64,000 nucleotides of DNA from Parachlamydiales bacterium (GTDB taxonomy: Bacteria > Chlamydiota > Chlamydiia > Chlamydiales > Rhabdochlamydiaceae). The notes beneath the pieces are model-generated. The model did no database searches. It was not told where the DNA came from and was given only the letters and a program-made list of their open reading frames with translations. Both the position numbers and the translations under genes were made by a program. Below are positions 28,199 through 37,279 of this stretch, in pieces; within the stretch, counting starts at the first letter, position 1; every line of letters starts with the position of its first letter. The stretch lies in the NCBI GenBank assembly GCA_947474635.1, contig CANJJB010000002.1, forward strand, positions 6,533 through 70,532, in the 5' to 3' direction.

Positions 28199-29185
28199 AT
28201 GGCGCTATTAAAGCAAGATTCTCACGGCTGCCCCTACCTGATACTAGCTCCTATGGAAGGAGTGGGGGATGCCTCTTTTCGCAAGGCAATGGCCTCCATT
28301 GGAGGCTTCGATGAGGCTGTTACAGAATTTTTAAGAGTTCCCATGAACGCCCATATTCCAAGTCTATCTAAGCACTACAACGCGCAAGAACTAGGCTCAC
28401 TACCACTAGCCGTTCAACTCATGGGCTCAGATCCTTTACTTATGGCTCTTATGGCGCGTGAAATGGAGCGCAAGGGCGCCCACCGCATTGATATTAACTG
28501 TGGATGTCCTTCCAATACAGTGACAGGCAAAGGCGCTGGATCGAGTTTATTAAAAGATCCTAACTTTCTCTACCAAGTAGCAGAATCTGTTGTAAAAGCT
28601 GTAAAAACGCCTGTTACCATCAAGATGCGCTCAGGGTATGAAGACATTTCTTTATTTAAAGAGAACCTCTTAGCTGCTCAGGAAAGTGGAGTAGCCTTCA
28701 TTACACTCCACCCCCGCACCAAAGTTGATGGTTATGGGCCTCCTGCTAGATGGGACCTGATTGCTGAGGCAAAGTCTATCTTAAAAATACCCCTTGTTGG
28801 CAACGGCGACATCTTGAACGTAAATGATGCTTTAAGAATGCTCAAAGAGACGAGCTGCGATGCTCTTATGATTGGGCGGGGTAGTATCATCAACCCTTTT
28901 GTTTTTCAACAAATCCGAGCCCATTTTTCAAAAACAGACTACGTTGTTGATCCGGAAAAGCTTGAGACTTATTTCACAGCCTTTATTTCTAAAATGCCAC
29001 CTGACATGACCCCTAGAGGAAAACTTGGTAAAATCAAACAGCTCATGAGCTTTTTCTTCAAAGGATCGCCCGAGCTTTTGGCTAAGCGTCAGGAGGTACT
29101 AGCCTCTAAGCATGAGACGATGGAGTCTCTACTTGCGTATACTTTGCCTGTTCTAAAAAATGCATTGCGTCATCTACTTGCTTAG
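28199..29185 (+). CDS. tRNA-dihydrouridine synthase
   Basis: Blocks LAPMEGVGD, DINCGCP and LHPRT. ATG at 28199 chosen over the upstream TTG. Confidence 0.88.
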   Translation: MALLKQDSHGCPYLILAPMEGVGDASFRKAMASIGGFDEAVTEFLRVPMNAHIPSLSKHYNAQELGSLPLAVQLMGSDPLLMALMAREMERKGAHRIDINCGCPSNTVTGKGAGSSLLKDPNFLYQVAESVVKAVKTPVTIKMRSGYEDISLFKENLLAAQESGVAFITLHPRTKVDGYGPPARWDLIAEAKSILKIPLVGNGDILNVNDALRMLKETSCDALMIGRGSIINPFVFQQIRAHFSKTDYVVDPEKLETYFTAFISKMPPDMTPRGKLGKIKQLMSFFFKGSPELLAKRQEVLASKHETMESLLAYTLPVLKNALRHLLA

Positions 29186-29378
29186 CGAAGATTTTATCAA
29201 TACGTAGCAGAAGTTGTGAGATTTTTGCCTTGGTATCTTCCATTTCTTTAGAGCTAATTTCTTTTAATAGCAGAGCATCCAGGCGTCCTATTTGCCCGAT
29301 AGCCTGGTAACTGTCATCGAGATTGAGGGGAACCATGTTTTCTAGGGCTGCTAGCTCTTGTCTAATTGCTGTTCCCAT
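29106..29378 (-). CDS. small helical (coiled-coil-like) protein closing the paralog array
   Basis: 90 aa from ATG 29378, with AGGAG at 29385-29389. Overlaps the 3' end of paralog P1 by 17 nt and the dus 3' end by 80 nt on the opposite strand. Confidence 0.35.
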   Translation of the reverse strand: MGTAIRQELAALENMVPLNLDDSYQAIGQIGRLDALLLKEISSKEMEDTKAKISQLLLRIDKIFAKQVDDAMHFLEQAKYTQVETPSSHA

Positions 29379-30261
29379 ATACTGCTCCTTGCTCATTGAA
29401 GTAGGGCACAAGTTCAGGGTGATTATCTGCTAACCACTGGCCTAGCTGCTTTGTTTTGCGCTCAAGCTCCATCTGAGCTGTGAGAGGCTCTTTGAGAGAA
29501 TCATCCAAGACAAAAGATCCGACATCAAGAGATACAGCTTTATTATCTTGGCACCCATAATTTCTTCTAAGGCCGTTGTCATTATCACGTATGCCTTGTG
29601 CTGAGCGCTTTTGGATGTATTCAAAGACGCTATGAATAAGCTTTTTGGCACCTTCTACATCATTATTTGCAAGTTGCTCTTCCATCTTAGTAAAAATGCG
29701 CTCTGCATATTTTTGCACAATGAAGGAAGTTGTATTGAGATCAACTAGGTAGTGGATTCCTAGATTGTCAATGACTTCAAGAGGGGAGAGGTCTTTTGTG
29801 GGATTGAAGTGGAGGTAGCACACGCCGGTTTCTTCTTGAAGATGCTCTCTTGCAATTTTGCAGCTCTCAAAGATGGGATAAAATCTCTCATTACGCGTTT
29901 TTAAAAATTCAAAGCGGCGCTCTTTAAGAAACCCTGGTAAAGAAGAGTCTAGCGCATGAATCAAAGCATCAGGAATATGGTACTGCTTTTTGAAAAACTT
30001 AATCACGAGGGTTTTGTCCTCGCTTACAAAGACATAGGATTGTCCGCCGCGGTCTAGAAAACGGAAGGGTTGGGCAAGGACTTTAGGATCAAAGTTAGAA
30101 TGTGTAGTAAGAGATGCATCATAGGGTATGTTCTGATCAATAGCTGTAAAAGTAAAACCCTTGGTTTTATCTTCGCAAAATGACTTTGCCAGCATAAAAC
30201 CTACGATAAAAAGGGATAATTTAAAGAGCTTTTTGTATTTGCGTATCAAAGTAGGCCACAT
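29362..30261 (-). CDS. signal-anchored protein-kinase-like paralog P1
   Basis: 299 aa. Blocks in order: anchor ..SFC..GF, DRGGQSYVFVSEDKTLVIKF, A.EHLQEETG, DNLGIHY, FIVQK, DNGLRRNYG, LDVG. Confidence 0.7.
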   Translation of the reverse strand: MWPTLIRKYKKLFKLSLFIVGFMLAKSFCEDKTKGFTFTAIDQNIPYDASLTTHSNFDPKVLAQPFRFLDRGGQSYVFVSEDKTLVIKFFKKQYHIPDALIHALDSSLPGFLKERRFEFLKTRNERFYPIFESCKIAREHLQEETGVCYLHFNPTKDLSPLEVIDNLGIHYLVDLNTTSFIVQKYAERIFTKMEEQLANNDVEGAKKLIHSVFEYIQKRSAQGIRDNDNGLRRNYGCQDNKAVSLDVGSFVLDDSLKEPLTAQMELERKTKQLGQWLADNHPELVPYFNEQGAVYGNSN

Positions 30262-31024
30262 ATTCTGGTTGGTTATTTTGGAGGTATTCTCTTAGAGATA
30301 AAAGTTGTAAAAAGAGCGCTCTTTGAAAGTAGGGATGGAAAGCAACTCTTGGATCTTTTTTGAGTGATCCACAGTCAATGAGGAGCATCTTACCATCCAT
30401 CATTCCAAAGTTAGCTTTAAGCCTTGGATCTAAGTTAACAATCCCTTTCAAGGAGATGGCAGAAATAAGCTCTATCATCCCATCTATCTGCCCCTCAGAA
30501 ATAGAAGAGGTGAGAAGATCTGCTTTTTTTTGGATGAGGAACTGCGTTTGTGCAATATTGATAGTGTGAGCAATGCCTAGTTTGTCAATCAGCGTTACCA
30601 CCCTACTTTCTGATGTTCTTTCAAGGTGATCTGCTATGATGCCGGTTTCTTCCCTAAGTTCTTCTGAGGCTAGCTTGCAGCATGCAAGTAATTCACTTAA
30701 CCTTTTTCCCCGCTTTTGCAAGTAAGAATCTCTCATGTGGCTTAAAGGGGAGGGAAGGGGTAGCTTTGCTAGCCAAGGTAGTGGTTTACGTCTACTTTGC
30801 TTGATGAATTTGATGACAGCTTTGCCATCTTCACTTTCAAAAGCATAAAACTGCTTACCTGATCCCAAAAAATAAAAAGACTCTTGAGGCTTTAAAGCGC
30901 TGTCTAGTTGCATCTTGCTACTTATGATTTTAGAAGGAGTAAACCCTTCTGTCTGGGAGTAGCAGAACCTCTCAGCAAGCACAAAAAATAAGAAAAAAAG
31001 AGCCCACTTTTTCCAGACTTTCAC
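30221..31024 (-). CDS. signal-anchored protein-kinase-like paralog P2
   Basis: 267 aa. Blocks in order: anchor ..RFC..GF, LGSGKQFYAFESEDGKAVIKF, EELREETG, DKLGIAH, FLIQK, DPRLKANFG, IDCG. Confidence 0.7.
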   Translation of the reverse strand: MKVWKKWALFFLFFVLAERFCYSQTEGFTPSKIISSKMQLDSALKPQESFYFLGSGKQFYAFESEDGKAVIKFIKQSRRKPLPWLAKLPLPSPLSHMRDSYLQKRGKRLSELLACCKLASEELREETGIIADHLERTSESRVVTLIDKLGIAHTINIAQTQFLIQKKADLLTSSISEGQIDGMIELISAISLKGIVNLDPRLKANFGMMDGKMLLIDCGSLKKDPRVAFHPYFQRALFLQLLSLREYLQNNQPEYVAYFDTQIQKAL

Positions 31025-31776
31025 AGATGAGCCTCTGGGTAGTTTATTTTAACCCAGGTGACAAATTTTTCTGGGTACTCTCTGTTTTGAATAGGGGCAT
31101 TCACAAATTTACCGGGATCTAAGAAGCAAGGTCTGCCATCGATGAAGCCTAAGTTTTGCGCAAGGTGGCTATCTGTATCATCAATTGCATGGCTTCTTCT
31201 GATTTCCATAAGATGCCCGAGAGCATCAAATACGGACTGGACATCATTTGAGTGTGCAAGGTAGGAATTAAGAGGCTCTCCTTTTTTCTGCACTACAAAA
31301 AGAGTCTTTTGAAGAGATAGCTCATGCTGAATGCCTAATTTATCTACAATCGTTACTGTTTGATCAAAAGGTGTTTCTGTATCCAATTTCAAAAAGATGA
31401 GGCCTGATTCTTCAGGAAGCCTTTCAAAAGCAAGCAGGTAACCTTCGATGTCACGCATCAGCTTACCTATTTTTTTTGTATGATATTTTTTAAGCGGAAC
31501 AAAAGCATTGGGGCTGTTTTTAAAAAACTTAAGAACATATTTTTGATCTTCAGATACAAAGACAAATGTTTGTCCTCCTCTTGCTAGATAATGAAACGGC
31601 TGTTTCAAAATCTCTTGAGTGGCAAGTGTCTCTCCCTGGTTTGTAAAGGGAAGAGTAGGGGCCGCGCTAATTCTTCTTATAGAAAAGCCTGCTGTTTCTT
31701 TTTCACAAAATAAAGAAATGGCATAAAACAAAATAAGAAAGGCTGAAAGTTTAATAGTCTTTATAAGCATTTGCAT
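31021..31776 (-). CDS. signal-anchored protein-kinase-like paralog P3
   Basis: Start set at ATG 31776 by comparison with the paralog N-termini (the ORF track gives 31818). Blocks in order: ARGGQTFVFVSEDQKYVLKF, ERLPEESG, DKLGIQH, FVVQK, DSHLAQNLG, LDPG. Confidence 0.65.
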   Translation of the reverse strand: MQMLIKTIKLSAFLILFYAISLFCEKETAGFSIRRISAAPTLPFTNQGETLATQEILKQPFHYLARGGQTFVFVSEDQKYVLKFFKNSPNAFVPLKKYHTKKIGKLMRDIEGYLLAFERLPEESGLIFLKLDTETPFDQTVTIVDKLGIQHELSLQKTLFVVQKKGEPLNSYLAHSNDVQSVFDALGHLMEIRRSHAIDDTDSHLAQNLGFIDGRPCFLDPGKFVNAPIQNREYPEKFVTWVKINYPEAHL

Positions 31777-31801
31777 AGAATAGCAGAGATGGGAAAGATT
31801 T

Positions 31802-31942
31802 TCAAAGTTTTTTATCAATAAAGCGGCAAGCAGTTTTCTTTAAATCTTTATACTCTTTTAATATTCTTTCTTTGTGCATAAAAAAAAGAACAGCGAGGAC
31901 TATGGCAGCTAGCAAAAATATTTTAAATAGTAGTTTGATCAT
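31802..31942 (-). CDS. 46-aa single-TM mini-ORF within the array
   Basis: MIKLLFKIFLLAAIVLAVLFFMHKERILKEYKDLKKTACRFIDKKL. Its ATG overlaps the P4 stop as ATGA. It falls below the ORF-track length cutoff. Confidence 0.3.
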   Translation of the reverse strand: MIKLLFKIFLLAAIVLAVLFFMHKERILKEYKDLKKTACRFIDKKL

Positions 31943-32772
31943 GAAAGCTCCTTAAGAAGATGGCTATCTAAAGAGGGGTAATCCTCGGAGAGTCTATTGT
32001 GCAGGCACTCTGTCACCCTCCGGATTTCTTCCCTTTGGGTACTTAAGCTGCCTTTTTTTAAACTGCCTACATCTAGTTCAATAGCGCTGCCTTCCAGACA
32101 CCCAAAATTTTTAAAAAGATCGACATCGGTGTTGATAATCCCTTTTTTATATTGGCTTGTAAGAAGAGCTACCAAATGAGAAATAACGCGTTTTGCCTCT
32201 TCTTCCTTATCCTCATCCATTAAATTTTTTAAATGGGGGTAAAGGGGATCTACACGTTTTTGCAGTATGAAGTCTGTCTTATCAAGGTCAAGTGTATGGC
32301 AAATACCAATTTTGTCTACAATCACAAGATTTTGATGAAAAAGATCCGTCTTATTGAGATGGAGAAAAAGAAGGCCTGTTTCTGCTTTCAAGTCTTCATA
32401 GGCAATCTTATAGCTTGTAAAGTCTCTGGCAAGTTTTGCCTCTAGCTCGCTGCACTTAGCAGGGGATGTAAGCTCTTCCCAGAAAGAGGGCCTAATATGA
32501 CTATAGCGGATGAGCTTCAGCACATACTTTTGATCTTCAGACACAAAAACAAAGGCTTGAGAGCCTTTACTCAAATAAGAAAAAGGTTGATCTAGCACTT
32601 TTTTAATGGAAGCAAGCTCTGTATCTTCTACAGCTGCTACTTCCCACACAGGGTTGAAAGGAAGGTCAGATGAGATCTTACAGATCTGAAAGCCATCCAT
32701 CTCTTTTCTGCAAAAGACAGACATCCCTATAAAGGCAGCTACAAAAAGAAGGGTCTTAAGTAGGTATTTCAT
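31939..32772 (-). CDS. signal-anchored protein-kinase-like paralog P4
   Basis: 277 aa. Blocks in order: SKGSQAFVFVSEDQKYVLKL, EDLKAETG, DKIGICH, FILQK, DVDLFKNFG, LDVG. Confidence 0.7.
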   Translation of the reverse strand: MKYLLKTLLFVAAFIGMSVFCRKEMDGFQICKISSDLPFNPVWEVAAVEDTELASIKKVLDQPFSYLSKGSQAFVFVSEDQKYVLKLIRYSHIRPSFWEELTSPAKCSELEAKLARDFTSYKIAYEDLKAETGLLFLHLNKTDLFHQNLVIVDKIGICHTLDLDKTDFILQKRVDPLYPHLKNLMDEDKEEEAKRVISHLVALLTSQYKKGIINTDVDLFKNFGCLEGSAIELDVGSLKKGSLSTQREEIRRVTECLHNRLSEDYPSLDSHLLKELS

Positions 32773-33613
32773 GTACTAGCCTTTGAAGTTCTTTATCCAA
32801 TGTTTTGTATTCTTTTTCTAGTCTTAAGTGGAGCTTATCTGTAATCCGGATGATTTCACCCTTATATTTTTGAGGATTACTCTCAGAGGCATCTTTTTTA
32901 AATCTACCTGGATCGATTTGGATGGGCCTTCCACTCATCACTCCAAAGTTGGTAAAGAGATCAGGGTCTTTGTCAAAGATCTCTTTTTGACAACGTGTTA
33001 CAATAAGAGCAACTAAACGAGATAAAAGCTCCTCTGCCTCTTTTTCTTTTCCCTCATTCATTAACTTTTGAAGAGCTGGATAAAAAGGCTCAGCCCTTTT
33101 TTGCACCACAAACTCAAGCTCATCTAAAGAAAGGAAATGGGAAATACCCAGCTTATCAATGAGTTCTATCTTTTGCTTTAGCCTATCCGTCTTATTTAGA
33201 TGGAGATACACAAGTCCTGTCTCTTCCTTCATTTCATCATACGCCAATTTGTAGCTTGTAAAGTCTTGGCAAAGCTTTGCCCTAAGCCTTACTACACGTC
33301 TTTGTACCCTTTCAAAGGGCAGCTTTTTTAAAAACGGCGCCTCTCCCATATGGTCATATCTAAAGAACTTGATCACGTAGCGCCCATCTTGCGAGGCAAA
33401 GACAAAGGCTTGAGCTCCCTTTCCTAAATAGCTAAAAGGCTGATCCAACACCTCTTTCACTTCAGCAAGATCTTGCGCCCCTACTTCCCACTCAGGATGA
33501 AAGGTCAAGGAAGAAGAAATCTTATCAATCCGAAAGCCATCTGTTTGCTTTTTACAAAACAAAGCAACTGCTATGAATCCACCAATAAAAAGAACCGATT
33601 TAAGCCACATCAT
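32756..33613 (-). CDS. signal-anchored protein-kinase-like paralog P5
   Basis: 285 aa. Blocks in order: LGKGAQAFVFASQDGRYVIKF, DEMKEETG, DKLGISH, FVVQK, DPDLFTNFG, IDPG. Confidence 0.7.
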   Translation of the reverse strand: MMWLKSVLFIGGFIAVALFCKKQTDGFRIDKISSSLTFHPEWEVGAQDLAEVKEVLDQPFSYLGKGAQAFVFASQDGRYVIKFFRYDHMGEAPFLKKLPFERVQRRVVRLRAKLCQDFTSYKLAYDEMKEETGLVYLHLNKTDRLKQKIELIDKLGISHFLSLDELEFVVQKRAEPFYPALQKLMNEGKEKEAEELLSRLVALIVTRCQKEIFDKDPDLFTNFGVMSGRPIQIDPGRFKKDASESNPQKYKGEIIRITDKLHLRLEKEYKTLDKELQRLVHEIPT

Positions 33614-33662
33614 AGGGGGTAGTATAGCTCAAGGAAGCGGTTTTTTCAGAGTGTTAATTTTA

Positions 33663-33725
33663 CAAGGCAGCCTTAACACCTTAAGTATTTGACGTTAAAC
33701 TGGTTAAAGTAAATGTTTTGTAAAA
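33663..33725 (+). repeat. 63-nt intergenic repeat, copy 1
   Basis: AAGGCAG..CTTAAGTATTTGA..AAAC..GTTAA..TTGTAAAAA. About 45 of 63 positions are identical to 36276-36338 in the same orientation. Confidence 0.55.
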
Positions 33726-33913
33726 AGCAATAAGGCTTTATTCACCTTTTTGGTCAAGATCGTGACATGAGATCAATCCGCCCCGGAGAGGACATCTTGC
33801 CTCACAAGTTAACAGCCTAATTATCAATATGATAAGAGTAAATAAATAACTTTACATACTGTACCTCCTATGTTATAATTAAGATTATAATAATAAATAA
33901 TTGAGGATTTTAT

Positions 33914-34864
33914 ATGTTTTCTTACTTAACATCATTAGCTGCGTCTCTTTATTACGGAAATAATATTTATCAAAGTTTGAAATCAGCAGCGTCCGGTCTT
34001 CAAAAAAACAAGGACCTTTCTCATGTAGCAACAGTAGAGAAAATTAAGACTGCTCTAGAGCCACTCCTATCTAAATATCATCTGGAAAATAATTTGGAGA
34101 TTGATCTAGTTAAAGGAGTTGGACCTGCTGCTGCAATAGGAATAAATCTTCCTGGATTAAGAAAGAACGTGATGGCTTTTTCTCCCCAATTCTACAATCT
34201 GGATCCAGCAGCTGCTCTTTGGGTTGCAAAACATGAGCTAGGACATATCAAAAATAACGATACTCTTACGATGGGGCTTCTTATTCCCGCAATCACTTCG
34301 TGTGCGATTGCAGCAGGCATTCAATCTAAAATAAGCAATGCCTATCTAGCTATTCCGGCAGCGTTGCTCGGTTCTTTTGTGGGAGGAGAAGTTTTTAGAA
34401 TCTTATTTACAAGATGGCGAGAAGGAAAAGCTGATGACCATGCTAATGAACATAGTTCCTCTGAAGAGTTAAAAGGAGGGAGAAGATGTTTACTTGCTAT
34501 GCAAAGACAACAAGTGAAAGAAAGAGAGCACGATTTTCTGCTAGGACATGGTTTATCTCTTTCAGGAGAAGTCGTCTATGCACCCAATGGCGATGATAAC
34601 ACGGATCTAGAGCATCCTGCCCTTTCAAGTCGCATCGAGAAAATAGAGAAAGAATTGGAAAGAAGAGGTGTCTCCTTTGACCAAGAAAAAGAAAAAGAGG
34701 AAGAGCAGATCAGTCGATTAATGGACTTTTGTGAAGATGAGATATACGAAAGTAAAAAAGCTGCCGGTCTTACTGTTCCAATAATGAAACCTAAAGGGGC
34801 AAGAGAAATAAAGAAATGGGAAGAAGAAAAAAAACAGAAAGCCTTGTCGCATGAGGCTTTGTAA
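33914..34864 (+). CDS. membrane HExxH metallopeptidase (M48/M56-like)
   Basis: HELGH is followed by two TM helices and an acidic block (REGKADDHANEH). The C-terminal tail is highly charged. Confidence 0.6.
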   Translation: MFSYLTSLAASLYYGNNIYQSLKSAASGLQKNKDLSHVATVEKIKTALEPLLSKYHLENNLEIDLVKGVGPAAAIGINLPGLRKNVMAFSPQFYNLDPAAALWVAKHELGHIKNNDTLTMGLLIPAITSCAIAAGIQSKISNAYLAIPAALLGSFVGGEVFRILFTRWREGKADDHANEHSSSEELKGGRRCLLAMQRQQVKEREHDFLLGHGLSLSGEVVYAPNGDDNTDLEHPALSSRIEKIEKELERRGVSFDQEKEKEEEQISRLMDFCEDEIYESKKAAGLTVPIMKPKGAREIKKWEEEKKQKALSHEAL

Positions 34865-34897
34865 CTATACTCAAATAACTTGAAGAATGTTGATATT

Positions 34898-36157
34898 TCA
34901 ATCTTCAGATTTGATTAGCCATTGATAGAGGGGGATGAGGTGAATTGTTTTTCCCTCTATCAAGAGCTCATCTTCCAAGGAAAGTGTTAAAATTTTCCCT
35001 GAAGGAAGTTCTAGACTTTGGAGACATTCTAGCATAGCATTAACCTCGCGATCCCGCGTTTCTTTGCTTTCAAAATCGCAGTAGCATACTTGTATGGCAT
35101 CTACAGGTTTCCCCAATTCTGTAATTACAAAATCGACTTCTTGTTTTTGTTTATAATAAAACACTTGTTTGTTGTTTCTTCTTAATTCTAAATATACAGC
35201 ATTTTCTGCTAAACGGCCCCAGTCTTCTCGATCAGATTGTAGGGATACTGTACGTAGCCCTGTATCAATCACATAAATTTTCTTAGGATCGCGCGCTTGG
35301 ACTTTGAGGTTGGCGTGGTAACGGCTCATTTCAAAAACAAGAAAAGCTTGTGCCAAATAACCTGTTAGCGTTGAGGCTAGTTCAATCGAAATTGCAAAAG
35401 CCTTTCGTAGAGAATTATAGGAATGCAAACAACTTAAGCCGGTCCAATAAAAATTGACCACTTGATGCAGAGCTTGCTGATTTTTAATGGAGTGTCTTGC
35501 AACAACATCTCGCAGCACAATATCGCTAAGATACTGTTTTAATAAAATGATCCGATCATTTTCGTTCGGGGTTAAGATGATTTTTGGAAAGCCTCCCCAA
35601 CGCAAGTAGTTTTCTAGTGCGCGTAGCCAAGCACTCTTTGAAGATGGAGCCTCACCTAAAAATGTCAAACATTCGGCAAACGAAAGCGGCCAGATAGTTT
35701 GTTCAATAACTCGTCCAGAAATAGCTGTAGCAATCTCAGAACTCAATAAATGAGAGGAAGAGCCTGTTACAACGACTTGGTAATGTCCTAGATCAATTGC
35801 TTTTCGTACCCACCTCTCCCATCCTTGGATATTTTGGATCTCATCTAAAATCACAAGCTTGGGAGCTTTTCCTGTTTCTTCTTCATATAGAGAAATCAGT
35901 TGGTCGATGACTTCAACGCCAGCTCCTGGGAAAAAAATTGGATCCTCAAAATTAAAAAAGAAAGTCTCCTCCAATCGCCCCATAGCCAATTGGACGGTCA
36001 TGGAAGATTTTCCGGAGCGCCTCACACCTGTAAGTGCTAGGCATAGATCTTTTTGTTGGTTAAGAAGAGAGCTTCTAGGAATAACTAAATGACTGTTTTT
36101 TCTCAGCCATTGCTGCCAATCCTGTAAAGCTTTCTTTAATTCGCCTCGTGTTGTCAT
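34898..36157 (-). CDS. AAA_14/DUF4143-type ATPase
   Basis: Walker A GVRRSGKSS and Walker B LVILDEIQ, with a C-terminal region of DUF4143 type. Confidence 0.78.
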   Translation of the reverse strand: MTTRGELKKALQDWQQWLRKNSHLVIPRSSLLNQQKDLCLALTGVRRSGKSSMTVQLAMGRLEETFFFNFEDPIFFPGAGVEVIDQLISLYEEETGKAPKLVILDEIQNIQGWERWVRKAIDLGHYQVVVTGSSSHLLSSEIATAISGRVIEQTIWPLSFAECLTFLGEAPSSKSAWLRALENYLRWGGFPKIILTPNENDRIILLKQYLSDIVLRDVVARHSIKNQQALHQVVNFYWTGLSCLHSYNSLRKAFAISIELASTLTGYLAQAFLVFEMSRYHANLKVQARDPKKIYVIDTGLRTVSLQSDREDWGRLAENAVYLELRRNNKQVFYYKQKQEVDFVITELGKPVDAIQVCYCDFESKETRDREVNAMLECLQSLELPSGKILTLSLEDELLIEGKTIHLIPLYQWLIKSED

Positions 36158-36166
36158 ACCCTCATT

Positions 36167-36218
36167 TTAATCGGTCAGTCGATTAAAAAATAGAAAAATT
36201 AATCGGTTCATCGATTGA
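36167..36218. promoter_or_regulatory. two TTAATCG-N6-CGATTAA palindromes 32 bp apart, upstream of the ATPase gene
   Basis: 36167-36186 is a perfect 7-6-7 palindrome. 36199-36218 has one mismatch. The first begins 10 nt upstream of the start codon at 36157. Confidence 0.35.
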
Positions 36219-36275
36219 TGTTTGCATCTACCTAATCATTAATAGGTTATATATACCCCCCCCACAAATTGTGGT

Positions 36276-36338
36276 AAGGCAGTTTTGACTACTTAAGTAT
36301 TTGATATCAAACATGTTAACTCTGCTGCCTTGTAAAAA
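36276..36338 (+). repeat. 63-nt intergenic repeat, copy 2
   Basis: Homologous to 33663-33725. Its terminal GCCTTGTAAAAAC recurs at 36360-36372 and, inverted, at 36385-36398. Confidence 0.55.
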
Positions 36339-36359
36339 CAGTAGCTGATAGCAAAAAAT

Positions 36360-36398
36360 GCCTTGTAAAAACGATAGCAGCTTTGTTTTTTACAAGGC
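36360..36398 (-). terminator. rho-independent terminator of gene 36407-37216
   Basis: Stem GCCTTGTAAAAA / TTTTTACAAGGC. On the minus strand it is followed by ATTTTTTG. It begins 9 nt after the stop. Confidence 0.6.
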
Positions 36399-36406
36399 AG
36401 ATATAC

Positions 36407-37216
36407 CTACTTAACCAAAATCGTGCGCTGCGTCTCTCTGAAAAAACCTGTCATGACATGGTTTTGAGGATCTAAGAGCTCGAGCTTGATTTTGTGCGAG
36501 CCGCTCTTTAGACCATAGATGTAATAAGGAGCCCACTCTGTTAAGAGGCGCTTATCCTTACCATCAATCGTAAGACGGACTTTATATCCATCTTTAGATA
36601 GCTGGGTGTTGGAAATATAGAAGTCGAGAAGGATCGGCTGATTTCCTTTAAACTCACCTTCAGGTTGGTTGTAGGTTAAGTAAGGTTTAGAAAGATCAAA
36701 GGGATTATCTTGCTTGGGTCCTACAAAGAAATAAGAAGCTGCGTAGCATGAATTTCCTTTGAGGCTCTCTCCATAAGATCTTACTAGGAACATCCGAATT
36801 AAATGCGGCCCTGGCTTTAAGTTGAAGGGGATTTTAGTTTCTAAGGTTGAGTTGAAATCGGCCTCTTCTGAATCCGTAAAAGAATCGATTGCATCATTGA
36901 CTTCCATGTAAGACTCGTTATCGATCAAGATGCGGATTGCCTGACCTTCTCTACTATTGCGGATTTCTTTTGCTCTTGGTATGTAACTATCATAGCCGAT
37001 GGGGTAGCCTTGGAGGCGCATTTGAATGCTCACGGGATTTTTCTGATTATCCGCGCCCCTTTCAGGAAAAGCAAGATGGATTTCAACGGAATCTGGTTGA
37101 GGTGTTGCTTCCACGGGAACTACACGTACATCTCCTGTTCCATGATTATCTTCAACAACAGCTGCGCAAAGAGAAGTAGAAATCAATAATCCCAAACAAA
37201 CAATTGCTTTTTTCAT
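36407..37216 (-). CDS. secreted hypothetical protein, 269 aa
   Basis: Signal peptide MKKAIVCLGLLISTSLCAA. The composition is beta-rich and no family is recognised. Confidence 0.65.
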   Translation of the reverse strand: MKKAIVCLGLLISTSLCAAVVEDNHGTGDVRVVPVEATPQPDSVEIHLAFPERGADNQKNPVSIQMRLQGYPIGYDSYIPRAKEIRNSREGQAIRILIDNESYMEVNDAIDSFTDSEEADFNSTLETKIPFNLKPGPHLIRMFLVRSYGESLKGNSCYAASYFFVGPKQDNPFDLSKPYLTYNQPEGEFKGNQPILLDFYISNTQLSKDGYKVRLTIDGKDKRLLTEWAPYYIYGLKSGSHKIKLELLDPQNHVMTGFFRETQRTILVK

Positions 37217-37279
37217 AATGCCCCCAAAAGGAAAGAACGGATCTTTTCTTTTTCTTTACCCGATTGCTCCGATAAATGT

